Below are positions 38,701-49,600 of a stretch of 64,000 nucleotides of DNA, in pieces; within the stretch, counting starts at the first letter, position 1, and the number at the start of each line of letters is the position of its first letter. A program made the position numbers and the translations under genes. The notes beneath the pieces were generated by a model. The model was not told the DNA's origin. It searched no databases and worked only from the letters and a program-made list of their open reading frames with translations. The stretch is from Balanoglossus misakiensis (taxonomy: Eukaryota > Animalia > Hemichordata), in contig CM082593.2 in the NCBI GenBank assembly GCA_040954595.2, forward strand, positions 8,096,043 through 8,160,042, read 5' to 3'.

Positions 38701-39273
38701 ATACCTTTAATGTTGGGACTTTTTTCTGACCTTGACACACCTAACAAAGACCTTTATGTTTTTACCTCCACTGTCAGTGACGTGGGGCTTATCACGTAGA
38801 TGGACTGTTTGTCATCATCGGCACACATTTTACTTTATTTGTCTTCTCTGAAACCCCTGGTCCAAATGTTTTGCAATTTTGTATGCAGCTTCCTTGAGAT
38901 GACTTTGGTCAAGTTCGTTCAAATTGTGGTGAAATTTGCATGTTTGTAGTTTTGGGGCAATTTTTTCCTGTTTTGGGTCTAAACGCGTTTTCTCTGAAAC
39001 TGCTTGTCAGGTTGCTCTGAAGTTTATCATGGTCAAAATAAACCAATTTTCTCTCAATATGGGAGTGTATACATAAGTGGTCTCACCAATAGAGATGGCA
39101 GTATATGAGTGTGTATGAGACGCATGATTTAGATACTGGGAAAATCAATGTCGTATGTGGAGAAAAATTAAGGCAGTGATAATTGATAAAGTCGGCATAA
39201 ACAACATCTGTCATTTCTTCCTTGTTTTCAGGAACAAGGCCCAGCACCTCAAGCAGCCAAAAAGCAGGTGTAG
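23637..39273 (+). CDS. ERLIN2: Erlin (ER lipid-raft SPFH-domain protein, co-orthologue of vertebrate ERLIN1/ERLIN2); complete CDS, 12 coding exons, 327 aa
   Basis: Exons joined by hand at GT-AG sites with consistent phases: 23637-23721, 28023-28045, 29495-29575, 34641-34687, 34944-35005, 35368-35493, 35689-35762, 36037-36095, 36824-37005, 37604-37683, 38365-38487, 39232-39273 (984 nt including stop). The translation has erlin signatures [72 protein letters not shown] and [26 protein letters not shown]. Confidence 0.97.
23750..23835. mobile_element. MITE family A, truncated copy
   Basis: Left end only: TACTGTAAAACGGGTTATTTTCGCGAG. Confidence 0.65.
24161..24359. mobile_element. MITE family A, copy
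   Basis: TACTGTAAAACAGGTTATTTTC...GAAAATAACCCGTTTTACAGTA TIRs. Confidence 0.88.
25812..26011. mobile_element. MITE family A, inverted copy
   Basis: TACTGTAAAACGAG...CCCGTTTTACAGTA; the interior is the reverse complement of the 24161 copy. Confidence 0.88.
27166..27378. mobile_element. MITE family A, diverged copy
   Basis: Colinear with the 24161 copy (GTGAAATACGAGAACG, CCTCTTTTGATATCGC). Confidence 0.8.
27848..27940. mobile_element. ~90-bp piggyBac-like MITE family C
   Basis: TTAA-CCCTTTCACC...GGTGAAAGGG-TTAA; other copies at 29747-29838, 55622-55714 and 60592-60683. Confidence 0.85.
28023..28045 (+). CDS. ERLIN2: Erlin 23-nt micro-exon (GHVGVYYR)
   Basis: Acceptor ccacag and donor gtatgt; supplies the conserved GHVGVYYR with matching phases (1 in, 0 out). 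Confidence 0.93.
28399..29235. repeat. Inverted repeat pair (~160-175-bp arms) with a third direct copy between them
   Basis: 28399-28556 is the reverse complement of 29061-29235; a diverged direct copy lies at ~28881-29045. Confidence 0.85.
29495..29575 (+). CDS. ERLIN2: Erlin exon ([27 protein letters not shown])
   Basis: ccag/gtaat boundaries, 81 nt, erlin-like translation. Confidence 0.95.
29747..29838. mobile_element. MITE family C copy
   Basis: TTAACCCTATCATCACCATGGTTTGGTCCAAA...GGGGGTGAGAAGGGT. Confidence 0.75.
30665..30853. mobile_element. pogo/Tigger-like MITE remnant
   Basis: TATAGTAAAATCGTTCTAAACCGAAC...GTTCAGTTTAGACAGGTTTTACTGT with internal AAACCG repeats. Confidence 0.55.
31687..32116. 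mobile_element. 430-bp TAG...CTA element with near-perfect 9-bp TSD, containing a nested inverted repeat
   Basis: Flanks TCTTCATCC / TCGTCATCC; internal ~30-bp inverted repeat at ~31907-31937 and ~32038-32068. Confidence 0.65.
32419..33232. mobile_element. TTAA-flanked foldback MITE family B (Kolobok-like AGGG termini), composite with a duplicated left arm
   Basis: TTAAAGGGACAAAGTCTCTCTC...GAGAGAGACTTTGTCCCTTTAA; the left arm occurs twice (32419 and ~32889). Fragments also at 5549-5614, 37736-37920 and 59060-59310. Confidence 0.82.
34641..34687 (+). CDS. ERLIN2: Erlin exon ([16 protein letters not shown])
   Basis: ttgcag/gtgaga boundaries; highly conserved erlin peptide. Confidence 0.96.
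34944..35005 (+). CDS. ERLIN2: Erlin exon ([20 protein letters not shown])
   Basis: ttgcag/gtgagt boundaries; conserved peptide. Confidence 0.96.
35368..35493 (+). CDS. ERLIN2: Erlin exon ([42 protein letters not shown])
   Basis: caacag/gtaagt boundaries; lies within ORF 35349-35636; contains the NYT glycosylation sequon. Confidence 0.97.
35689..35762 (+). CDS. ERLIN2: Erlin exon ([25 protein letters not shown])
   Basis: tctcag/gtatgt boundaries; lies within ORF 35646-35840. Confidence 0.96.
36037..36095 (+). CDS. ERLIN2: Erlin exon ([20 protein letters not shown])
   Basis: tgccag/gtaagt boundaries; conserved peptide. Confidence 0.96.
36399..36599. mobile_element. MITE family A, copy
   Basis: TACTGTAAAACACTTTATTTTC...GAAAATAAAGTGTTTTACAGTA perfect TIR. 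Confidence 0.88.
36824..37005 (+). CDS. ERLIN2: Erlin coiled-coil exon ([33 protein letters not shown]...)
   Basis: gttcag/gtaaga boundaries; lies within ORF 36702-37016. Confidence 0.97.
37604..37683 (+). CDS. ERLIN2: Erlin exon ([27 protein letters not shown])
   Basis: caatag/gtaagg boundaries; phase-compatible; aligns with the erlin AREKAKADAE..EAN region. Confidence 0.93.
37736..37920. mobile_element. MITE family B fragment
   Basis: TTAAGGGACAAAATCTCTCTCGCTGCCC..., colinear with the 32419/32889 arm. Confidence 0.78.
38365..38487 (+). CDS. ERLIN2: Erlin exon ([41 protein letters not shown])
   Basis: atttag/gtaagt boundaries; LTPxYL...KxYFG..IPxMF motif. Confidence 0.95.
38518..38710. 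mobile_element. TTAA-flanked Kolobok-like MITE
   Basis: TTAA-AGGTACACAGTCACCT...AGGTGACCGTATACCT-TTAA. Confidence 0.75.
39232..39273 (+). CDS. ERLIN2: Erlin probable last coding exon ([13 protein letters not shown]-stop)
   Basis: Strong pyrimidine tract with ttttcag acceptor, phase 0, TAG at 39271-39273. The tail is poorly conserved, so this exon is less certain. Confidence 0.75.
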   Translation, partial: EQGPAPQAAKKQV

Positions 39274-39754
39274 AAAACACTACACACTGGGTGTGCTGGT
39301 CTCTTTTTGTCATGGAGTGATAGGCCAAACGATATTTTCTGTTTTATGTCCTCATTTTCGTAACTCGTATTTTTATGTCTGACCACTAAACCAAGTATTA
39401 ATGTGAAGTTCTTTGACCCAAGAAACATACTATCGGTTCTGGGAACTTGTAGATTGGTCTCCATCAACCAGCCATCACTGAAATATAAAATGTACCCAAA
39501 GAATAACGGTACAGTGGCAGTACATATTGTAGGAAAGAGGAAAATTCTCACTTGGTGAGTAAATATAGAGTCAGGAAATAGCTTCAACTGGTCTAGCCAG
39601 TACTCCTCATCAGAGCTTGGCATTTTCGAAAATGTACCAGCCAGCCATCTAAAACACACAGAAAAAAAATACAAATTTTATGCATCTCATACTTGTACTT
39701 GTAAAATACATTTTTTTCACTGGTGATTCACTATACAAGATCTTCAATGAAAGT

Positions 39755-40000
39755 TTAAAGGGAAGGGGTCGTCGCGCTGCGTGGGTGTCCCCCTTGATGA
39801 GAATATGTCCTCCCATACCAGCGCAAATCCCACTGCAGTCGCTACGACCTACTAGGATCTTCAGTTGCTGTCATGCCCAGTCTACGCTACAGTTCGCTGT
39901 CTGCTTCGTTCATTCTAAGAATGATCTACTTTCAGGGATTTGTGGATGAATTGTAATGTTTATAAACAAACAACTGGGCACGACGACCCCTTCACTTTAA
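39755..40000. mobile_element. TTAA-flanked Kolobok-like MITE in the presumed erlin 3' UTR
   Basis: TTAA-AGGGAAGGGGTCGTCG...CGACGACCCCTTCACT-TTAA. Confidence 0.78.
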
Positions 40001-40669
40001 TATACAACTTGATAGTGTTATTGTGTTATTTTTTCAGTTGGTGGCACCAATCTCATTAAAAATTGAAGTTTGTTTCATAATTTCTTATTTTCTGGTTTGT
40101 CCTTTTGGTGGTTAGAGAAACTTAAAGCAAGAAAATTGAAAGTAGTACAACTTGATTAAAAATTGAGTTGTTTCATGAGATTTGTAACTTTCTTTTGTCC
40201 AACAACCCTTTATTTTCACTGTATATTCATTAGAAATACTCTAACTAGTGCACATGAACAAAGTCCAGAGGACTAATAAATTGTGTGACTTGAAATAGGA
40301 CAGTGTACCATGATGTACCATTTTCTATCTTTCTACTGTCAATGGATGTACATATGCAGGTCAGTTTTATGTGCCGATATGATCCAATATGGAAAGAAAC
40401 AGCACTAGCTATACTAGTATTTTTCATCAGAAATGTTTGTATTCTCTAATCTTTATCAGTGACTCCCTTGATTATGATTATGATTATTCCAACATTTGAA
40501 GGGCAATCTCACTTTTATAATAATAATATGATCATTCACAGTGACAATAATTGATATAAATGTTTAATGTCATTATCAATTTTGTATTACTATTACTAAT
40601 GTATGACAAGAATCAAATAAATTTTGATGTAAATTGTATGTTTCGAAAAATTGTTGTCCAGTATCATGA

Positions 40670-43600
40670 CTCATGAAAATCTTCAAAAAACGATCATTTT
40701 TCGACTTTGCGAATTTTCAATATTTCGTCATTTTTTGAAAAAAATCATGGGTTATAGCTCGACTTTGCGAATTTTCAAAATTTCTTCATTTCTTGACAAA
40801 AACCATGGGTTATACCTCATGAAAATCTTCAAAAAGCGACGATTTTTCGACTTTGCGAATTTTCAAAATTTCTTCATTCCTTGACAAAAACCATGGGTTA
40901 TAGCCCATGAAAATCTTCAAAAATCGACGATTTTTCGACATTGCGAATTTTCAAAATTTCTTCATTTCTTGACAAAAACCATGGGTTATAGCTCATGAAA
41001 ATCTTCAAAAAGCGACGATTTTTCGACTTTGCGAATTTTCAAAATTTCTTCATTTCTTGACAAAAACCATGGGTTATAGCTCATGAAAATCTTCAAAAAT
41101 CGACGATTTTTCGACTTTGCGAATTTTCAAAATTTCTTCATTTCTTGACAAAAACCATGGGTTATAGCTCATGAAAATCTTCAAAAATCGACGATTTTTC
41201 GACTTTGCGAATTTTCAAAATTTCTTCATTTCTTGACAAAAACCATGGGTTATAGCTCATGAAAATCTTCAAAAAGCGACGATTTTTCGACTTTGCGAAT
41301 TTTCAAAATTTCTTCATTCCTTGACAAAAACCATGGGTTATAGCTCATGAAAATCTTCAAAAAGCGACGATTTTTCGACTTTGCGAATTTTCAAAATTTC
41401 TTCATTCCTTGACAAAAACCATGGGTTATAGCTCATGAAAATCTTCAAAAAGCGACGATTTTTCGACTTTGCGAATTTTCAAAATTTCTTCATTTCTTGA
41501 CAAAAACCATGGGTTATAGCTCATGAAAATCTTCAAAAAGCGACGATTTTTCGACTTTTCGAATTTTCAAAATTTCTTCATTTCTTGACAAAAACCATGG
41601 GTTATAGCTCATGAAAATCATCAAAAAGCGACGATTTTTCGACTTTGCGAATTTTCAAAATTTCTTCATTTCTTGACAAAAACCATGGGTTATAGCTCAT
41701 GAAATTCTTCAAAAATCGACGATTTTTCGACTTTGCGAATTTTCAAAATTTCTTCATTTCTTGACAAAAACCATGGGTTATAGCTCATGAAAATCTTCAA
41801 AAAGCGACGATTTTTCGACTTTGCGAATTTTCAAAATTTCTTCATTTCTTGACAAAAACCATGGGTTATAGCTCATGAAAATCATCAAAAAGCGACGATT
41901 TTTCGACTTTGCGAATTTTCAAAATTTCTTCATTTCTTGACAAAAACCATGGGTTATAGCTCATGAAAATCTTCAAAAAGCGACGATTTTTCGACTTTGC
42001 GAATTTTCAAAATTTCTTCATTTCTTGACAAAAACCATGGGTTATAGCTCATGAAAATCTTCAAAAAGCGACGATTTTTCGACTTTGCGAATTTTCAAAA
42101 TTTCTTCATTTCTTGACAAAAACCATGGGTTATAGCTCATGAAAATCTTCAAAAAGCGACGATTTTTCGACTTTGCGAATTTTCAAAATTTCTTCATTTC
42201 TTGACAAAAACCATGGGTTATAGCTCATGAAAATCTTCAAAAATCGACGATTTTTCGACTTTGCGAATTTTCAAAATTTCTTCATTTCTTGACAAAAACC
42301 ATGGGTTATAGCTCATGAAAATCTTCAAAAAGCGACGATTTTTCGACTTTGCGAATTTTCAAAATTTCTTCATTTCTTGACAAAAACCATGGGTTATAGC
42401 TCATGAAAATCTTCAAAAATCGACGATTTTTCGACTTTGCGAATTTTCAAAATTTCTTCATTTCTTGACAAAAACCATAGGTTATAGCTCATGAAAATCT
42501 TCAAAAAGCGACGATTTTTCGACTTTGCGAATTTTCAAAATTTCTTCATTTCTTGACAAAAACCATGGGTTATAGCTCATGAAAATCTTCAAAAATCGAC
42601 GATTTTTCGACTTTGCGAATTTTCACAATTTCTTCATTTCTTGACAAAAACCATGGGTTATAGCTCATGAAAATCTTCAAAAAGCGACGATTTTTCGACT
42701 TTGCGAATTTTCAAAATTTCTTCATTTCTTGACAAAAACCATGGGTTATAGCTCATGAAAATCTTCAAAAATCGACGATTTTTCGACTTTGCAAATTTTC
42801 AAAATTTCTTCATTTCTTGACAAAAACCATGGGTTATAGCTCATGAAAATCTTCAAAAAGCGACGATTTTTCGACTTTGCGAATTTTCAAAATTTCTTCA
42901 TTTCTAGACAAAAACCATGGGTTATAGCTCATGAAAATCTTCAAAAAGCGACGATTTTTCGACTTTGCGAATTTTCAAAATTTCTTCATTTCTTGACAAA
43001 AACCATGGGTTATAGCTCATGAAAATCTTCAAAAATCGACGATTTTTCGACTTTGCGAATTTTCAAAATTTCTTCATTTCTTGACAAAAACCATGGGTTA
43101 TAGCTCATGAAAATCTTCAAAAATCGACGATTTTTCGACTTTGCGAATTTTCAAAATTTCTTCATTTCTTGACAAAAACCATGGGTTATAGCTCATGAAA
43201 ATCTTCAAAAATCGACGATTTTTCGACTTTGCGAATTTTCAAAATTTCTTCATTTCTTGACAAAAACCATGGGTTATAGCTCATGAAAATCTTCAAAAAT
43301 CGACGATTTTTCGACTTTGCGAATTTTCAAAATTTCTTCATTTCTTGACAAAAACCATGGGTTATAGCTCATGAAAATCTTCAAAAATCGACGATTTTTC
43401 GACTTTGCGAATTTTCAAAATTTCTTCATTTCTTGACAAAAACCATGGGTTATAGCTCATGAAAATCTTCAAAAAGGGACGATTTTTCGACTTTGCGAAT
43501 TTTCAAAATTTCTTCATTTCTTGACAAAAACCATGGGTTATAGCTCATGAAAATCTTCAAAAATCGACGATTTTTCGACTTTGCGAATTTTCAAAATTTC

Positions 43601-46600
43601 TTCATTTCTTGACAAAAACCATGGGTTATAGCTCATGAAAATCTTCAAAAAGCGACGATTTTCGACTTTGCGAATTTTCAAAATTTCTTCATTTCTTGAC
43701 AAAAACCATGGGTTATAGCTCATGAAAATCTTCAAAAAGCGACGATTTTTCGACTTTGCGAATTTTCAAAATTTCTTCATTTCTTGACAAAAACCATGGG
43801 TTATAGCTCATGAAAATCTTCAAAAAGGGACGATTTTTCGACTTTGCGAATTTTCAAAATTTCTTCATTTCTTGACAAAAACCATGGGTTATAGCTCATG
43901 AAAATCTTCAAAAAGGGACGATTTTTCGACTTTGCGAATTTTCAAAATTTCTTCATTTCTTGACAAAAACCATGGGTTATAGCTCATGAAAATCTTCAAA
44001 AATCGACGATTTTTCGACTTTGCGAATTTTCAAAATTTCTTCATTTCTTGACAAAAACCATGGGTTATAGCTCATGAAAATCTTCAAAAATCGACGATTT
44101 TTCGACTTTGCGAATTTTCAAAATTTCTTCATTTCTTGACAAAAACCATGGGTTATAGCTCATGAAAATCTTCAAAAATCGACGATTTTTCGACTTTGCG
44201 AATTTTCAAAATTTCTTCATTTCTTGACAAAAACCATGGGTTATAGCTCATGAAAATCTTCAAAAATCGACGATTTTCGACTTTGCGAATTTTCAAAATT
44301 TCTTCATTTCTTGACAAAAACCATGGGTTATAGCTCATGAAAATCTTCAAAAAGCGACGATTTTTCGACTTTGCGAATTTTCAAAATTTCTTCATTTCTT
44401 GACAAAAACCATGGGTTATAGCTCATGAAAATCTTCAAAAATCGACGATTTTTCGACTTTGCGAATTTTCAAAATTTCTTCATTTCTTGACAAAAACCAT
44501 GGGTTATAGCTCATGAAAATCTTCAAAAAGCGACGATTTTTCGACTTTGCGAATTTTCAAAATTTCTTCATTTCTAGACAAAAACCATGGGTTATAGCTC
44601 ATGAAAATCTTCAAAAATCGACGATTTTTCGACTTTGCGAATTTTCAAAATTTCTTCATTTCTTGACAAAAACCATGGGTTATAGCTCATGAAAATCTTC
44701 AAAAAGCGACGATTTTTCGACTTTGCGAATTTTCAAAATTTCTTCATTTCTTGACAAAAACCATGGGTTATAGCTCATGAAAATCTTCAAAAATCGACGA
44801 TTTTTCGACTTTGCGAATTTTCAAAATTTCTTCATTTCTTGACAAAAACCATGGGTTATAGCTCATGAAAATCTTCAAAAAGCGACGATTTTTCGACTTT
44901 GCGAATTTTCAAAATTTCTTCATTTCTTGACAAAAACCATGGGTTATAGCTCATGAAAATCTTCAAAAATCGACGATTTTTCGACTTTGCGAATTTTCAA
45001 AATTTCTTCATTTCTTGACAAAAACCATGGGTTATAGCTCATGAAAATCTTCAAAAAGCGACGATTTTTCGACTTTGCGAATTTTCAAAATTTCTTCATT
45101 TCTTGACAAAAACCATGGGTTATAGCTCATGAAAATCTTCAAAAATCGACGATTTTTCGACTTTGCGAATTTTCAAAATTTCTTCATTTCTTGACAAAAA
45201 CCATGGGTTATAGCTCATGAAAATCTTCAAAAATCGAATTTTCAAAATTTCTTCATTTCTTGACAAAAACCATGGGTTATAGCTCATGAAATTCTTCAAA
45301 AATCGACGATTTTTCGACTTTGCGAATTTTCAAAATTTCTTCATTTCTTGACAAAAACCATGGGTTATAGCTCATGAAAATCTTCAAAAAGCGACGATTT
45401 TTCGACTTTGCGAATTTTCAAAATTTCTTCATTTCTTGACAAAAACCATGGGTTATAGCTCATGAAAATCATCAAAAAGCGACGATTTTTCGACTTTGCG
45501 AATTTTCAAAATTTCTTCATTTTTTGACAAAAACCATGGGTTATAGCTCATGAAAATCTTCAAAAAACGACGATTTTTCGACTTTGCGAATTTTCAAAAT
45601 TTCTTCATTTCTTGACAAAAACCATGGGTTATAGCTCATGAAAATCTTCAAAAAGCGACGATTTTTCGACTTTGCGAATTTTCAAAATTTCTTCATTTCT
45701 TGACAAAAACCATGGGTTATAGCTCATGAAAATCTTCAAAAAGCGACGATTTTTCGACTTTGCGAATTTTCAAAATTTCTTCATTTCTTGACAAAAACCA
45801 TGGGTTATAGCTCATGAAAATCTTCAAAAATCGACGATTTTTCGACTTTGCGAATTTTCAAAATTTCTTCATTTCTTGACAAAAACCATGGGTTATAGCT
45901 CATGAAAATCTTCAAAAAGCGACGATTTTTCGACTTTGCGAATTTTCAAAATTTCTTCATTTCTTGACAAAAACCATGGGTTATAGCTCATGAAAATCTT
46001 CAAAAATCGACGATTTTTCGACTTTGCGAATTTTCAAAATTTCTTCATTTCTTGACAAAAACCATGGGTTATAGCTCATGAAAATCTTCAAAAATCGACG
46101 ATTTTTCGACTTTGCGAATTTTCAAAATTTCTTCATTTCTTGACAAAAACCATGGGTTATAGCTCATGAAAATCTTCAAAAAGCGTCGATTTTTCGACTT
46201 TGCGAATTTTCAAAATTTCTTCATTTCTTGACAAAAACCATGGGTTATAGCTCATGAAAATCTTCAAAAAGCGACGATTTTTCGACTTTGCGAATTTTCA
46301 AAATTTCTTCATTTCTTGACAAAAACCATGGGTTATAGCTCATGAAAATCTTCAAAAAGCGACGATTTTTCGACTTTGCGAATTTTCAAAATTTCTTCAT
46401 TTCTTGACAAAAACCATGGGTTATAGCTCATGAAAATCTTCAAAAAGCGACGATTTTTCGACTTTGCGAATTTTCAAAATTTCTTCATTTCTTGACAAAA
46501 ACCATGGGTTATAGCTCATGAAAATCTTCAAAAAGGGACGATTTTTCGACTTTGCGAATTTTCAAAATTTCTTCATTTCTTGACAAAAACCATGGGTTAT

Positions 46601-49600
46601 AGCTCATGAAAATCTTCAAAAAGGGACGATTTTTCGACTTTGCGAATTTTCAAAATTTCTTCATTTCTTGACAAAAACCATGGGTTATAGCTCATGAAAA
46701 TCTTCAAAAATCGACGATTTTTCGACTTTGCGAATTTTCAAAATTTCTTCATTTCTTGACAAAAACCATGGGTTATAGCTCATGAAAATCTTCAAAAATC
46801 GACGATTTTTCGACTTTGCGAATTTTCAAAATTTCTTCATTTCTTGACAAAAACCATGGGTTATAGCTCATGAAAATCTTCAAAAATCGACGATTTTTCG
46901 ACTTTGCGAATTTTCAAAATTTCTTCATTTCTTGACAAAAACCATGGGTTATAGCTCATGAAAATCTTCAAAAATCGACGATTTTTCGACTTTGCGAATT
47001 TTCAAAATTTCTTCATTCCTTGACAAAAACCATGGGTTATAGCTCATGAAAATCTTCAAAAAGCGACGATTTTTCGACTTTGCGAATTTTCAAAATTTCT
47101 TCATTCCTTGACAAAAACCATGGGTTATAGCTCATGAAAATCTTCAAAAAGCGACGATTTTTCGACTTTGCGAATTTTCAAAATTTCTTCATTTCTTGAC
47201 AAAAACCATGGGTTATAGCTCATGAAAATCTTCAAAAAGCGACGATTTTTCGACTTTGCGAATTTTCAAAATTTCTTCATTTCTTGACAAAAACCATGGG
47301 TTATAGCTCATGAAAATCTTCAAAAATCGACGATTTTTCGACTTTGCGAATTTTCAAAATTTCTTCATTTCTTGACAAAAACCATGGGTTATAGCTCATG
47401 AAAATCTTCAAAAAGCGACGATTTTTCGACTTTGCGAATTTTCAAAATTTCTTCATTTCTTGACAAAAACCATGGGTTATAGCTCATGAAAATCTTCAAA
47501 AAGCGACGATTTTTCGACTTTGCGAATTTTCAAAATTTCTTCATTCCTTGACAAAAACCATGGGTTATAGCTCATGAAAATCTTCAAAAAGCGACGATTT
47601 TTCGACTTTGCGAATTTTCAAAATTTCTTCATTTCTTGACAAAAACCATGGGTTATAGCTCATGAAAATCTTCAAAAAGCGACGATTTTTCGACTTTGCG
47701 AATTTTCAAAATTTCTTCATTTCTTGACAAAAACCATGGGTTATAGCTCATGAAAATCTTCAAAAATCGACGATTTTTCGACTTTGCGAATTTTCAAAAT
47801 TTCTTCATTTCTTGACAAAAACCATGGGTTATAGCTCATGAAAATCTTCAAAAAGCGACGATTTTTCGACTTTGCGAATTTTCAAAATTTCTTCATTTCT
47901 TGACAAAAACCATGGGTTATAGCTCATGAAAATCTTCAAAAAGCGACGATTTTTCGACTTTGCGAATTTTCAAAATTTCTTCATTTCTAGACAAAAACCA
48001 TGGGTTATAGCTCATGAAAATCTTCAAAAAGCGACGATTTTTCGACTTTGCGAATTTTCAAAATTTCTTCATTTCTTGACAAAAACCATGGGTTATAGCT
48101 CATGAAAATCTTCAAAAATCGACGATTTTTCGACTTTGCGAATTTTCAAAATTTCTTCATTTCTTGACAAAAACCATGGGTTATAGCTCATGAAAATCTT
48201 CAAAAATCGACGATTTTTCGACTTTGCGAATTTTCAAAATTTCTTCATTTCTTGACAAAAACCATGGGTTATAGCTCATGAAAATCTTCAAAAAGCGACG
48301 ATTTTTCGACTTTGCGAATTTTCAAAATTTCTTCATTTCTTGACAAAAACCATGGGTTATAGCTCATGAAAATCTTCAAAAATCGACGATTTTTCGACTT
48401 TGCGAATTTTCAAAATTTCTTCATTTCTTGACAAAAACCATGGGTTATAGCTCATGAAAATCTTCAAAAAGCGACGATTTTTCGACTTTGCGAATTTTCA
48501 AAATTTCTTCATTTCTTGACAAAAACCATGGGTTATAGCTCATGAAAATCTTCAAAAAGCGACGATTTTTCGACTTTGCGAATTTTCAAAATTTCTTCAT
48601 TTCTTGACAAAAACCATGGGTTATAGCTCATGAAAATCTTCAAAAAGCGACGATTTTTCGACTTTGCGAATTTTCAAAATTTCTTCATTTCTTGACAAAA
48701 ACCATGGGTTATAGCTCATGAAAATCTTCAAAAAGGGACGATTTTTCGACTTTGCGAATTTTCAAAATTTCTTCATTTCTTGACAAAAACCATGGGTTAT
48801 AGCTCATGAAAATCTTCAAAAAGGGACGATTTTTCGACTTTGCGAATTTTCAAAATTTCTTCATTTCTTGACAAAAACCATGGGTTATAGCTCATGAAAA
48901 TCTTCAAAAATCGACGATTTTTCGACTTTGCGAATTTTCAAAATTTCTTCATTTCTTGACAAAAACCATGGGTTATAGCTCATGAAAATCTTCAAAAATC
49001 GACGATTTTTCGACTTTGCGAATTTTCAAAATTTCTTCATTTCTTGACAAAAACCATGGGTTATAGCTCATGAAAATCTTCAAAAATCGACGATTTTTCG
49101 ACTTTGCGAATTTTCAAAATTTCTTCATTTCTTGACAAAAACCATGGGTTATAGCTCATGAAAATCTTCAAAAATCGACGATTTTTCGACTTTGCGAATT
49201 TTCAAAATTTCTTCATTCCTTGACAAAAACCATGGGTTATAGCTCATGAAAATCTTCAAAAAGCGACGATTTTTCGACTTTGCGAATTTTCAAAATTTCT
49301 TCATTCCTTGACAAAAACCATGGGTTATAGCTCATGAAAATCTTCAAAAAGCGACGATTTTTCGACTTTGCGAATTTTCAAAATTTCTTCATTTCTTGAC
49401 AAAAACCATGGGTTATAGCTCATGAAAATCTTCAAAAAGCGACGATTTTTCGACTTTGCGAATTTTCAAAATTTCTTCATTTCTTGACAAAAACCATGGG
49501 TTATAGCTCATGAAAATCTTCAAAAAGCGTCGATTTTTCGACTTTGCGAATTTTCTAAATTTCTTCATTTCTTGACAAAAACCATGGGTTATAGCTCATG

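Noticed and set aside
43538-44350. Repeated 65-aa ORFs (MKIFMSYNPWFLSRNEEILK...)
   Set aside because: Antisense translations of the satellite, extended by single-base deletions in two monomers; not genes.
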